Source of the DNA: a virus
Reading direction: 5' to 3' (one strand)
IMG/VR virus record: IMGVR_UViG_3300029928_000010
DNA: 64,000 nt
Shown: positions 9,414 through 20,200 of the stretch, one piece after another
Layout of the letters: each line of letters begins with the position of its first letter
Numbering within the stretch: position 1 is the first letter of the stretch
Notes under the pieces: generated by a model
The model's database searches: none
What the model was told of the DNA's origin: nothing
Seen by the model: the letters and a program-made list of their open reading frames with translations, nothing else
Program-made: the position numbers and the translations under genes

Positions 9414-9679
9414 CGGAGAAGTTCGGATTCCTTTTCGCAAGGAGATACGGGATAGCCGCCTACGACTACTGGTGGGGGTATTCTTCGGCGCAGATAGACC
9501 TGATGGTTGCGGACCAGCCTCTCGTTGTCTATCCTAAGACGAAGAGCGACGGACCGAAGAAACATACGCTAAAGCAAATGGACGACCTCTACGACAAGTG
9601 GGCGGAGCAAAAGAAGAAAGAAGGTAGTCTTGTCGGGAAGAAGGTTTCTCTCGCCGAGTACCTTAACGGTAATAGTTAA
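8955..9679 (+). CDS. Tail assembly chaperone -1 frameshift fusion product (GT-like)
   Basis: The -1 frame is open from 9278 (KKNSIDRILIGYHISDRDD...DYWWGYSSAQIDLMVADQPLVVYPK...) to the stop at 9677-9679. It is entered from the zero frame at tct-aaa-aaa-aaa-att. Confidence 0.55.
9276..9285 (+). promoter_or_regulatory. Programmed -1 ribosomal frameshift slippery site (A10)
   Basis: Ten consecutive A inside the chaperone ORF. The zero-frame product stops 128 nt later. The -1 frame has a stop at 9275-9277 immediately before the A run, then stays open for 134 codons. Confidence 0.55.
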
Positions 9680-9699
9680 ATCTTAAAAATATACAGGAT

Positions 9700-12600
9700 A
9701 TGGCAGACGGAAATTTGGGAAGCCTTTGGTTCCAACTCGGTTTAAAGGATAACACCTCGAAGGAGTTACAGAAGATCATCGACAAGTTAAAGACTGGAGA
9801 TGACGCTGCCAATGCACTCCTTCGTGCATTACAAGGATTTGGAACGAAGAAATCCGGTTTTAAGGAACAGGCTGAAAAAGCAAAAGAGTTCTCGGATGTT
9901 CTTTTGGAGTTAAACAGAAGAATATCAAAACTAAGGAAAAACGATAAGGGAGATGAAGCAAAAGACTTGCAGAACGCAGTTAAGAACGCCCTCTCATATC
10001 TGGATATGCTGCAAAAAATCAATATAGAACGCAGTAAAATATCCGAGCTACGTTCATTGAATCCAAATGTTGACACTTCGAAACTTCGGGAAGCCGAAGT
10101 CATGCTTGAAAATGTTAATAGCCAGCTTCTTAGGTTGCAAGGAAAGCCACAAGGAGGAGGTGGAGGTGGCGTTGACCAGGCAAACGTGCTGCAAGATTAT
10201 TCCAAAGTCTTGCAGATGACTCTTCGTGATGTTAAGCAGATAACAGACCAATTCAAGAAGGAAAACCCGCTTTCCGCTTTTTCTGGTGGTGCAGCAAAGG
10301 TTGAGGCAGACATCGCAAGGGTAACGGAGAAACTTGCAAAAATGCGTGACCTTATGAGTGAGGGTGTAACGAAAGGATACAATACAAGTATGCTCGGAGG
10401 AAGCCTTACGGAGCTTGATAAGGTCTTGTCGCGTTTACAGGCAGCGTCAGGAAACAAGTCGATTCTTACCGATGCCGCCCAGATGAAGAATCTCCTTTCT
10501 GACGTTGCTGTAGAAATGACTAAAGCAACATCTGCCACACAAGCCTATGGTCGCGAGAAGGGAAAGGTTATTGCCATAGAAAGGGAGTTCGCCGCAGCAG
10601 CCAAGTTGAGTGCAAAAGACAACGAGGCAGAACTAAAGGCTCAATCCGATTACATAAAGAGATACATGGCTCTCGTCGAGAAGAAGAGAGAAATGGCGGA
10701 GAAAGGTGGTATAACACTGTTTCAAAAGAATGACCAAGGGCTAAAGAACATTACGGCAGAGATAGATGTACTTCTTGACAAACTATCAAAAGTCAGGGAA
10801 GATATAACATTGTATCAGCACGCTATCGGTAACGGAACAAAGGAGTCGATTGCGTTCGGCCAACAAGGATTGAAGGAGGCAAACGCTGAGGCAGAGAAGT
10901 TGATGAGCACTATTACCGCCCTCCAAAACGTTTACGACACCCTTAGGGTTAGCCAAGCCAATGTAAAGGACTTGATTGGACAGACTCCTCAGATGCAGAG
11001 GCAAAATGACATTCAGAAAAGAATGTCCGAGTATTATTCAAATCTCGAAAAAACGTCGGCAAAGGAGGCTGCGCAAGCAACACGAGATGCAGCAAAGGCG
11101 AAGCGTGAGGATGCGCAGGCAGATAAGCAGCGTCAAAAGGAAATCGAAATATCAACACAGCGTATCAACTCATTGTCTGACGCTCTCGATAGATTGAAGT
11201 CTGCCAGGTTTACGGCAAAGATGCTCGGTATCGACACAAATGAGATAGATCAACAGATATATAAAGTCATCGACTCAATCAACTTGCTTGACACGGTAAG
11301 AAAAAGACTGGAAAGCGGAGACAAGACAGTCATAGGTACTATCGGGCAGATAGGAAACGGCAGGGAGGTACAACTCGCAAACCGTGTAGCGTCAGAATAC
11401 GAACGGTCTAACAAGGAGGTGCAGAAAAGCATAGAACTTGAGCAAAAACGCCAGGCTGAGATTGCGAAGAGTGCGGCGAAAGCTCGTAACGACTTGGCGG
11501 CTGCTTTCGCAGGAGCAAATGCAGAGGCAAAGAAGATGCAGTCCATCGTAAGCGACATCAAGTCTTTGTTCCTGCAAGGAGGCATTGTATTCGGCGCACA
11601 GCAGTTCTTTAACTCAATCGTGCAGACTGGTGGTGAGATTGTTCAGCAACACGTGGCGTTACGTTCCATTCTTGGTGACGTGCAGAAGGCAGACGAATTG
11701 TTTGCCCAAACTCAGCAGCTCGCCTTGCAGTCTCCATTCAAGTTCGGAGAGTTAAACCGAGACGTTAAGCAACTTGCCGCATTTGGCGTGGAAGCCAACG
11801 ACTTATATGACACAACGAAGCGTCTCGCCGATATTGCGTCAGGCCTCGGTGTATCCTTCGAGCGACTTGGCTTGGCTTACGGACAAGTGAAGGCTCGTTC
11901 TTGGCTTGATGGTAAGGAATTGCGCCAGTTCGCATACGCTGGTCTTCCTCTATTGCAGAAAATTACCGACCTTTACAACCAGGAAGGAAAGAACGGAAGG
12001 AACAACTACACCCAGGCTGACGTCAAAAAGATGATTTCTGGCAGACAGGTTAGTTTCGAGGACGTGCAGAAGGTGCTGTGGAATATGACCAACGAGGGCG
12101 GCCAGTTCTATAACATGCAGCTCGTGTTGTCAGAAACTTTGCTTGGTCGTTGGAACAAGCTCATCGACGCATGGGACATCATGCTCGGTAAGTTCGCAGA
12201 AGGAAAGAACGTTGTTGGCGGCACTTTCTCGTTCATTATCAATCGAGTAACAGACTTGGTTCTAGCTTTAGACAAGCTCTCTCCTGCCCTCTTATCATTC
12301 GGAGCTGTGTTCGCTGCGAAAAAACTCGTTGGCTTTGGATCATCGAAGTTAGGACTTGGTTCGCTTTCAAAGAATTACAACGACCAAGTGAACGCTCAGT
12401 TGAAGGCTTACGCTATCGAGCAACAACAGATTGTTGTGGAGGGAAAAATTACGCAGCAAAAGGCATTGCAGAACGTGTATCAGAGGGCGGCTTCGCTTAC
12501 AGAAAAAGAGTCTCTTGTCTCCGGGTACAACAGAGCCGCATTGGAGGGAAGAATGTCGATTCTGCAAATGCAAAGAGCTGTCAAGGAAGGATTGGTCTCA

Positions 12601-15600
12601 AAGGAGATAATACAGCAGCTTGCATTGATGGGGCAGATTACAGCCAAGCAAGAGCAAATCATCCTGAATGGAGGAAGAATATCCGCTGTATGGAGCATGA
12701 CGACATCAAAGGTCGGTGGCTTTATCAACGCTATTGGTGGTTGGTGGGGAATCGGAATTACTGCCGTCACCTCTCTCCTGATGGGATACAATCAATGGTC
12801 TGACAGAGTAAAGGAAGACGAGAAGACCATGGTTGATGGGGCAAGGCAGAAATCAAAGAGCTATGGAGACTTTTTATCCGGACTTGGACCTAAGAGCGAC
12901 TCGAATATGTCTTCTCAGGTTGATTCAATGAAGGAAATCCTAAAGAGTTCTGACGATTACACCGATTCCATCAAAGAGCAAGTCGAGAACGCTGATAGCC
13001 TGTCCAAGCAGTATGACATCCTAAAAAAGAAGATAGAGTCAGTTAAGGATACGAACGACAAGATGGCCGGCAAGTATGGAGCCGTCGTCAATAATGCGAC
13101 TTACGCAACCGGACTTACAAATGACAACCTGTTTAACGCTCTTGGTATAGATACGCCGGAGTGGTTGCAGTGGCTGAATGGACTCACAAACGACGATATT
13201 ACGAAGAATGTAGAGGAAGCTCAAAATTCATTGTCTAAGTTCCAAGTAATGTTTGATGAGCTTGACTCTAAGACCAAGGTGGAAATGGAGGACTTCATCA
13301 AGTCTCTAATGAAGAACAACCAAGAACTTGCGAATCAGATAAAGGGGCTTCCTCTCGCCGAACAGATCAGAATGCTTGCTGCAATAGGTGGTGACGATTG
13401 GGATAAGTTTGTCGATAAGTTTGTCAATGGAAGTAAGGAAACTGAAAATTGGTTGAAGGAACTTGCTTCAAGAGCTAAAGAATCCAGCGACGATGTATCT
13501 GAAATAATGTACGATGATGTTCCGAAGGGGCTCGAATCTATAAGAAAGCAGCTCGGTATGTCGCAAGACCAGTTCAAGGAATGGGCTAAGAAAAATCCGG
13601 AGATTTTTGCGAACATGATGGACAAGATGGCACAGAAGGCGAATATTACAAGCAAGACCATTTTGTATTATTTCCATTCAGCTATAAGCAAACTCATGGA
13701 TATGGACTTCTGGCCTGGAGATACCGATGGAAAGAAGAAGGGTAAGCCAACGTATAATTCAGGTGTGAACACATTCTTCGCATATACTATCAGAAAGAGG
13801 CTCTTCAAGAACGGAACCGTAACAGGAACGAAAAAGAAAGGAAAGTTCTGGGCCTCGGAGATTGACAATGCGTTAAGGTCAGTCCAAGACCAATCTTCTT
13901 ATACGACTGGTGAAAATATACAGAAGGAGTTGAAGAGCGCAAGGAACGAGCTTGATGTTTTGAACACTGGGAAGGTTAACAAGAAATCATCGGAATACAG
14001 GAACGCCAAGCATAAATACGACATGTGGAAGGCGATTGCCGATGCTGGACACATCTCCAACGATGTTGGTAAGAACAAGGTGACGGGCAACTTTGGAAAA
14101 GACCACAACAAAGGTGGTCGCAAGGAGGATACCGAGCTAAAGAACCTCCAGGAGCGTCTGAATAGCTTGAAGTCGGCAAGGCAGATGTATCAAAAGTATC
14201 AGACCATCATGTCTGATGACGAGGCAAAGGAGAAGACTCTAAAGTTGTTCCCGGAAGTAACTGGATTGAATCTCAACGACTACCAAAAGGCGGTTAGAGA
14301 ATTACTCAAAGGCTTCAAGATAAACACATCGGAGCGAAAGAAATTCCAGACTTCCATATATCGTGAGGTCGCAGAGTGGATTTTCTCCGAGAAAGACAAG
14401 AAAGCGTTCGACGAGAAGGCTGCAACCTTCAACGAAGAGATGAACAAACTTTCCGAAAGGTGGGATTTGTACAAAACTCTGCTCGAAAAAACAGGGAATA
14501 AGAACTTCGCCGAGTCTTCATGGATTGATGCTTTCCAGATGGACGAGAAGACGAAATCCTTGATGGACGAGTGGTATGCCCATTATGGAGAGGTTTTCAA
14601 TCTGGAGGATTCTCTTAAACTTACTGATGGACAGGCAAAGGAAAGGTTCAAAAAAGCGGACCAGTACAACGAGTGGAAGAAAATTGTTGATCTCCTTCGC
14701 GGGAATTACGTCAAGTCATTGCAGGATGGAGCGGAAGCAATATCGCAAACAATGGCTATTGCGCAGAAGTTGGATGTTATCGCTAACAAGTACAACGAGA
14801 AACGCAAGAATGCTGGTGATGATCAAGGACTGATTGATAGGTACAACTATCTTGAAAAACAGGAGAAGTCTGGAGTTCTATTCGACCAGTTGAAGAGCGA
14901 GATAAACTGGGATGGCGTTTTCGGGAATCTTGATAACTACACAAAAAAGGAACTTCGCAAGATTCGCAAGCAGATTCGCGACCTTGTTGCTGGAGGTATT
15001 CTTGATGGTATGTCAACTACTGACTTGAAGTCTTTCTATGACGGAATGGAAAAATTGAACCAGGCAATCGACGGACAGGGATTCAGCGGATTGTCAGATT
15101 TGATTAGAGAAATGGTCGATGCTTCGCAGAAGTATGACGATTCCGTAAAGGAATACAACGAGGCTGTAGAAAAATACGGCAAGAATAGCTGGCAGGCAGA
15201 GGCAGCTCGCAAGAAAATGCAAGAAGCAGAGGACAGGAAACGCAGGGCGAATGGTAGTGTAAGGACAAAGAGGGAAACCCGATTGAGCAATATCTTGACA
15301 GTAGTAGATATGTTCAAGACGCTTGGCATGAGCAACGGAAGCGGTTCTACATTTCTGTCAAACGCTGGCGGATGGACGGAATCTCTCATGAAGATGTTTG
15401 GAGGAGACAAGGCGCAAAAGAACTCTCAAAAAATAGGAAGCATTGTCGGCATGTTCGCTGGGCTGACCGAGGCTATAAACGAGAAAGGCTTTGGTGGATT
15501 CCTGTCCGATGCGTTTGAGGATATAGGTGGTGCAACGAACTCCATCTTTAAGGATTTGTTCGGTTTAAACCTTGGGATAAAGGGGGCTGACTACTCCGAC

Positions 15601-16716
15601 TATAATAAGGCAAAAGCTGAGTACGAAAATCTCGTAAACATTTGGGACACCCTTATATCCAAGAAGAAGACATATATGTCAGAACATTGGGGAACGGAAG
15701 CCCAGAATGCTTCAAAAGAAGCTATGGCTTTGTTAAAGTCAGAGATTGAACAAGCCAAGGTAATCGCTAAGAACAGGCTTGGATCTGGGGCTTCCATTGG
15801 TTCTCACTCTATCAGCTACCGAATGTGGAAGGGCTCTTACGACTACAATGGTACAAATTGGAGAGACGTAGCGGGAGAGATCTCGTCAAAGTATGGCGTG
15901 CAGTTCAACGGAATGGAAGACATGCTCAACATGGCGCCAAAGGTGCTTGAAGGAATAAAGACTGATTTTTCAGGTCTTTGGGCCAATATGGATAGTGACT
16001 TCCGTGATTACCTCGACAAGTTGATTGAATACGGCGATCAAGTTGACGAGATGGAGGAGAGTCTAACTGAGAAGCTGACAGGAAACAAGTTCTCGGACTT
16101 GGTGTCTTCCTGGGGCGATGCAATGTCTTCGATGGCAAACTCTTCGGACAACCTGGTGGACCACTTCGAGGATAACTTGAAGAAAATTATCCTAAACTCC
16201 ATGATAGAGGATATGTACAAAGACGATATAAATGCAATCCTCGCAAAGGCAAAAAAATATGGAGATAAAGATTTGTCCGATAACATCATGCAAGATGGGA
16301 AAATCGTATCGACATTCACAGGAGAGGAATATTCGGATGTTATGTCGGATGTAGATGATGTCGCAAAACGAATCGAGGCAACTCGTGACTTCTTGAAGAA
16401 AACCTACGAATGGTCGGATAGTAGCAGCTCTTCCTCGACGAACTCTGTTAAGGGTATTACGGAAGAAACCGCTGATATTATCGTGTCGTATATTTCGGCT
16501 ATGCGTCTTGATTTATCAGTCAATAGATCGGAGCTCAAAACTCTGTCAGACTTCATACAAGCCAAGATTCCAGAGCTGAGTGTCATTGCTCAGTCTCAAC
16601 TTACCCAGTTGAGTCAGATTTCGCAGAACACCTTGCGCAATGCGGATTCAGCAGAGCGCATTGAGTCAATGCTTAATTCTGTCATAAATGGCGTAAAAAG
16701 AGTAAGAGTTGTATAA
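9700..16716 (+). CDS. Tail tape measure protein
   Basis: 2338 aa. Contains the conserved tape-measure core (GELNRDVKQLAAFGVEANDLYDTTKRLADIASGLGVSFERLGLAYGQVKA...), long coiled-coil regions and a Gly run. Confidence 0.85.
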   Translation: MADGNLGSLWFQLGLKDNTSKELQKIIDKLKTGDDAANALLRALQGFGTKKSGFKEQAEKAKEFSDVLLELNRRISKLRKNDKGDEAKDLQNAVKNALSYLDMLQKINIERSKISELRSLNPNVDTSKLREAEVMLENVNSQLLRLQGKPQGGGGGGVDQANVLQDYSKVLQMTLRDVKQITDQFKKENPLSAFSGGAAKVEADIARVTEKLAKMRDLMSEGVTKGYNTSMLGGSLTELDKVLSRLQAASGNKSILTDAAQMKNLLSDVAVEMTKATSATQAYGREKGKVIAIEREFAAAAKLSAKDNEAELKAQSDYIKRYMALVEKKREMAEKGGITLFQKNDQGLKNITAEIDVLLDKLSKVREDITLYQHAIGNGTKESIAFGQQGLKEANAEAEKLMSTITALQNVYDTLRVSQANVKDLIGQTPQMQRQNDIQKRMSEYYSNLEKTSAKEAAQATRDAAKAKREDAQADKQRQKEIEISTQRINSLSDALDRLKSARFTAKMLGIDTNEIDQQIYKVIDSINLLDTVRKRLESGDKTVIGTIGQIGNGREVQLANRVASEYERSNKEVQKSIELEQKRQAEIAKSAAKARNDLAAAFAGANAEAKKMQSIVSDIKSLFLQGGIVFGAQQFFNSIVQTGGEIVQQHVALRSILGDVQKADELFAQTQQLALQSPFKFGELNRDVKQLAAFGVEANDLYDTTKRLADIASGLGVSFERLGLAYGQVKARSWLDGKELRQFAYAGLPLLQKITDLYNQEGKNGRNNYTQADVKKMISGRQVSFEDVQKVLWNMTNEGGQFYNMQLVLSETLLGRWNKLIDAWDIMLGKFAEGKNVVGGTFSFIINRVTDLVLALDKLSPALLSFGAVFAAKKLVGFGSSKLGLGSLSKNYNDQVNAQLKAYAIEQQQIVVEGKITQQKALQNVYQRAASLTEKESLVSGYNRAALEGRMSILQMQRAVKEGLVSKEIIQQLALMGQITAKQEQIILNGGRISAVWSMTTSKVGGFINAIGGWWGIGITAVTSLLMGYNQWSDRVKEDEKTMVDGARQKSKSYGDFLSGLGPKSDSNMSSQVDSMKEILKSSDDYTDSIKEQVENADSLSKQYDILKKKIESVKDTNDKMAGKYGAVVNNATYATGLTNDNLFNALGIDTPEWLQWLNGLTNDDITKNVEEAQNSLSKFQVMFDELDSKTKVEMEDFIKSLMKNNQELANQIKGLPLAEQIRMLAAIGGDDWDKFVDKFVNGSKETENWLKELASRAKESSDDVSEIMYDDVPKGLESIRKQLGMSQDQFKEWAKKNPEIFANMMDKMAQKANITSKTILYYFHSAISKLMDMDFWPGDTDGKKKGKPTYNSGVNTFFAYTIRKRLFKNGTVTGTKKKGKFWASEIDNALRSVQDQSSYTTGENIQKELKSARNELDVLNTGKVNKKSSEYRNAKHKYDMWKAIADAGHISNDVGKNKVTGNFGKDHNKGGRKEDTELKNLQERLNSLKSARQMYQKYQTIMSDDEAKEKTLKLFPEVTGLNLNDYQKAVRELLKGFKINTSERKKFQTSIYREVAEWIFSEKDKKAFDEKAATFNEEMNKLSERWDLYKTLLEKTGNKNFAESSWIDAFQMDEKTKSLMDEWYAHYGEVFNLEDSLKLTDGQAKERFKKADQYNEWKKIVDLLRGNYVKSLQDGAEAISQTMAIAQKLDVIANKYNEKRKNAGDDQGLIDRYNYLEKQEKSGVLFDQLKSEINWDGVFGNLDNYTKKELRKIRKQIRDLVAGGILDGMSTTDLKSFYDGMEKLNQAIDGQGFSGLSDLIREMVDASQKYDDSVKEYNEAVEKYGKNSWQAEAARKKMQEAEDRKRRANGSVRTKRETRLSNILTVVDMFKTLGMSNGSGSTFLSNAGGWTESLMKMFGGDKAQKNSQKIGSIVGMFAGLTEAINEKGFGGFLSDAFEDIGGATNSIFKDLFGLNLGIKGADYSDYNKAKAEYENLVNIWDTLISKKKTYMSEHWGTEAQNASKEAMALLKSEIEQAKVIAKNRLGSGASIGSHSISYRMWKGSYDYNGTNWRDVAGEISSKYGVQFNGMEDMLNMAPKVLEGIKTDFSGLWANMDSDFRDYLDKLIEYGDQVDEMEESLTEKLTGNKFSDLVSSWGDAMSSMANSSDNLVDHFEDNLKKIILNSMIEDMYKDDINAILAKAKKYGDKDLSDNIMQDGKIVSTFTGEEYSDVMSDVDDVAKRIEATRDFLKKTYEWSDSSSSSSTNSVKGITEETADIIVSYISAMRLDLSVNRSELKTLSDFIQAKIPELSVIAQSQLTQLSQISQNTLRNADSAERIESMLNSVINGVKRVRVV

Positions 16717-16729
16717 TTTAAGCATATTT

Positions 16730-16796
16730 ATGCAAATATAATTGCATATTTATTCAGAAAGTTGTATATTTGCAGCATAAATAGTTTGATTAAGGT
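16730..16796 (+). promoter_or_regulatory. Intergenic promoter-like region
   Basis: A TATATTTG -7 motif about 16771-16780, in the 80-bp gap after the tape measure gene. Confidence 0.3.
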
Positions 16797-17285
16797 ATGC
16801 AGGACAAGTATTTCAGGATTTACATGCAAAGGGAGGTTGATGATGCCGAGGTAATCGACACCATCACCTCCTTCGGTATGTACGTGAGCGAGAGTCCATT
16901 CAAGCCTTGCTCGGAAGTCAAGGAGCCTACGAAGAGGTCTTGGTACGACGAGCACGGAGACGACGAGTATATCAGCTCTGACGGACTATATATGGCATCC
17001 TACGAGAACAAGGTGAAGTTTTTATTCAAGGGGGACGCGTTCGGTGCGAATGAGAAGTGCAAGTCTTTCATCGAGTACCTGAGAGGCGGGATGATGAAGA
17101 TGTACTGCGAGTTCAATCGAATAGGCAGACAGCACGTAAGACTAAAAAGCATAGACCCCGACCTGTATCGAGACCCGGACAACGACGATATTCTTGCGTT
17201 GTCAGTCACCTTAAAGTTCAACGACCCGGTGACAGACGTAAAGCCTGTCAAGGATTCAAAAGGAAACGTAACGAATTTAATTTAG
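16797..17285 (+). CDS. Putative distal tail protein
   Basis: 162-aa ORF directly after the tape measure gene. Confidence 0.35.
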   Translation: MQDKYFRIYMQREVDDAEVIDTITSFGMYVSESPFKPCSEVKEPTKRSWYDEHGDDEYISSDGLYMASYENKVKFLFKGDAFGANEKCKSFIEYLRGGMMKMYCEFNRIGRQHVRLKSIDPDLYRDPDNDDILALSVTLKFNDPVTDVKPVKDSKGNVTNLI

Positions 17286-17294
17286 CTACATAGC

Positions 17295-20200
17295 ATGAGC
17301 ACTTGGAACATATATCATAAGGATGGCTCTAAGCTGACCGACGTCAACGGCGAGCAGATAATCGTTCACGGATTGGAGTATTCCGATTCGTGGATGGGCG
17401 AATGCTATGTGACCATCAACTTCAAGAACAACGCCCCGATAGACTTCCGGATTGGCGACTATCTTGTCTATCGTGGCGAGCGTTTCGAGCTAAACTACGA
17501 ACCGGGAAAAGACAAGCAGGCAAGGAAGGACACCTACGGAGAAGGATTCGTCTATGACAGCGTGAAGTTCAACGCCATGCAGGATGAACTTTCGAGGGCA
17601 GAGTTCCTGGACGTTGTTCTTCACGACAACGAGCTTCATTATACAGCTCTTCCGAAATTCAGTTTCTACGTTGAGACCTTGGACGACTTGCTCGACAGAA
17701 TCCAGGCGAGCCTCAACGAACAGATTGGCGAGGGCAAGTGGAAGATATTCTCTCGCTGCATGGAACGCTCAGTGCAGCGCGGCGTTACTGAGGCAGAATG
17801 GAACGCCGCTTATGGAGAGAATACCACTAACAATGTAATCGACTCTAAGTCCATCACCATCGACTCGAAGAAATGCTGGGAGGCGTTGGCTTTGGTGAAC
17901 AGCAAGTGGGACGTGAACTTCATCGTTCGAGGCAGAAACATCTACGTTGGTACTGCGGGAGTTGTCGCAAGCCACATATTTAAGTATGGCCTTGGAGAAG
18001 GTCTCTACGAGATTGAGCAGAATGCCGACTCGGACCAGGAAATCATCACAAGACTCAGGGCTTATGGCTCCGAGAAGAACCTACCTTCGCATTACTATGC
18101 GGACTTGGGTATTAAGTACTTTGCTAACATAACCAAAGTCAATGCGGCAGAGAACGAGAAGTATCACAATGTTGACTTGCTGTTGGATCTTGACTATATC
18201 GAAACCTACTTCAAGACACCAAGGAAATTTGTTGTCAATGGAGAAACGAACGAACAGGCCAATGGCTTTGTCCTGCAAGTTACGTTTGATTTCAAGACTA
18301 TCATAACAGGATATGTATCGAAAGACTATAACACCGGGAAATGCAGGTTCTATTCCGAGCTGAAAGGTAGTCAGACTGACGATGGAGACGAGGAGTCGCA
18401 GGAAAAACTCGATTCTTTTATCTCACAAGCGAAGGAAGGAAACACCTTGTTATATATATCTTCTGGTATTAACAGCAAAACAATCCCGTCGGCGAACAAG
18501 GAATATGCAAAGAACCTTCCGAACAACATGTCCATCAACAGGCTTATGTTGCCAGGATTCCCTCATCTGTCATTACAGGAGTACTATGACTCATTGTCCG
18601 AGACCGAGAAGAAGTACGTGAATCCGTCCGGTCGTGAGCATAAGTTCTCAACGGATCCTCACAGACCGTATATCGACTCCATCAACATCGACAAGATTGG
18701 TCTCCGTTCAGAGTCTCAGTTCTTCGACCAAGATGACAAGACGAACGGAATCGTAGATATATACCCTACCATCGAGGAGATGGTAATCAACGATGTTCGT
18801 ATCGACGAAATCAACGAGGGTGTTGCGCCTGATGATGATGGAAGATTCGAGGATGGGCAGACTCCGAAGGTTGACATTTATCTCAGTCCATCCATCGACT
18901 TCGATATAAACGACTTAAAGGATTCGGACTTTGCCATTTCTATGAAGGATGGCTATTGCGGCGGACGAACATTCAATGTAGCGTCATATACAAAGGTTGA
19001 TGGAAGATGGAGGCTTACCATCGAACGCGTTAAGGACGATGCACTGGACTTGTATTTCCCATATAAGGGCTATCCTATCAATAAAGGAGACCATTTTGTG
19101 TTGACAGGCATCACCCTACCCGACTCCTATGTGAAAGCAGCGTCGTTGAAGCTCTTGAAGTATGCCATTGCCTTGCTTGACAAGAACGACTATACCCGCT
19201 ACGTCTATCAGCCAAAGGTCGATGAGATTTTCATGGCAAGGCAGAATGACCAAGCGATTGCCGACAAGACAGGAACCATTAAGAGCCTGTACCAAACATT
19301 GAAGGCGGGCGACCTGATGGACTTCGAGGACACGGATCTCCACATTGACGGGCAGATAACCATCGACCAGCTCACGATCAAGGAGGAAGATGGCAAGATA
19401 CCAACCTACGAGATTACGCTCCGAGAGGATAAGGAAGTTGGAACTATACAGAAGATCCAACAACAAATCTCGTCTCTTGAGAGCGGGAATGGAGGAACTG
19501 GAGGCGGGTTGACTACGGCACAGGTCAAGAGTCAAGTTGCGGCGGAAGGAAGTAAGCACTTCCTCTCCAAGCAGTCCGACGATACAGCACAGGGGCTGAT
19601 AACCTTCCTAAAGGGCTTGAAGCTTGGCAGTGACTATTCCGTAGGCTCTGACGGAAAGGCAATCTTGTCGGAGGTGTTGCTGAACGTCCTTAGAAGCATT
19701 GACTTCAACGATGCCGAGCAGACAGGATTCGCATTCGAGCGTCGGGCGGACGGAAAGTACAAGCTCTCAATCACAGACCTCATTGTTTGGGGCAAAGCGA
19801 TATTCAACACCTTGCAGATAAGGGAGCTGTCATACGTCGGCGGAAACATCGTCCTCTCCCCTTCCGCAAGCAAGATTACATCTGTCAAGGAAGTATACGA
19901 CGAGGAGACGAACGAGCTGACAGGATGGAAATGCTACCTCTTGGCTGACGATGGTACTACGGCGACATTCAACACTTGGAAAAAGCTAGACCAATGCCGA
20001 TGCAAGACGTTCAACATTCAGTCTGGTGTATACGAAAACGTCTCAAACAAGGACTACTGGAGGCTTGTCACAGATGTCTCTACCGAGAACGAGGCTATCA
20101 CGGACGAGCAAGGGAACGAGCTGTACGACGGTAAGAAGTTCGCTTGGATAGAGATAGCCAAGGACAACTGCATGGAAGGCTCTGACATTCCGTCCGCAGG

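Noticed and set aside
10054-16586. Numerous 60-146-aa minus-strand ORFs inside the tape measure gene
   Set aside because: Shadow ORFs of a long, compositionally biased, motif-validated plus-strand gene.
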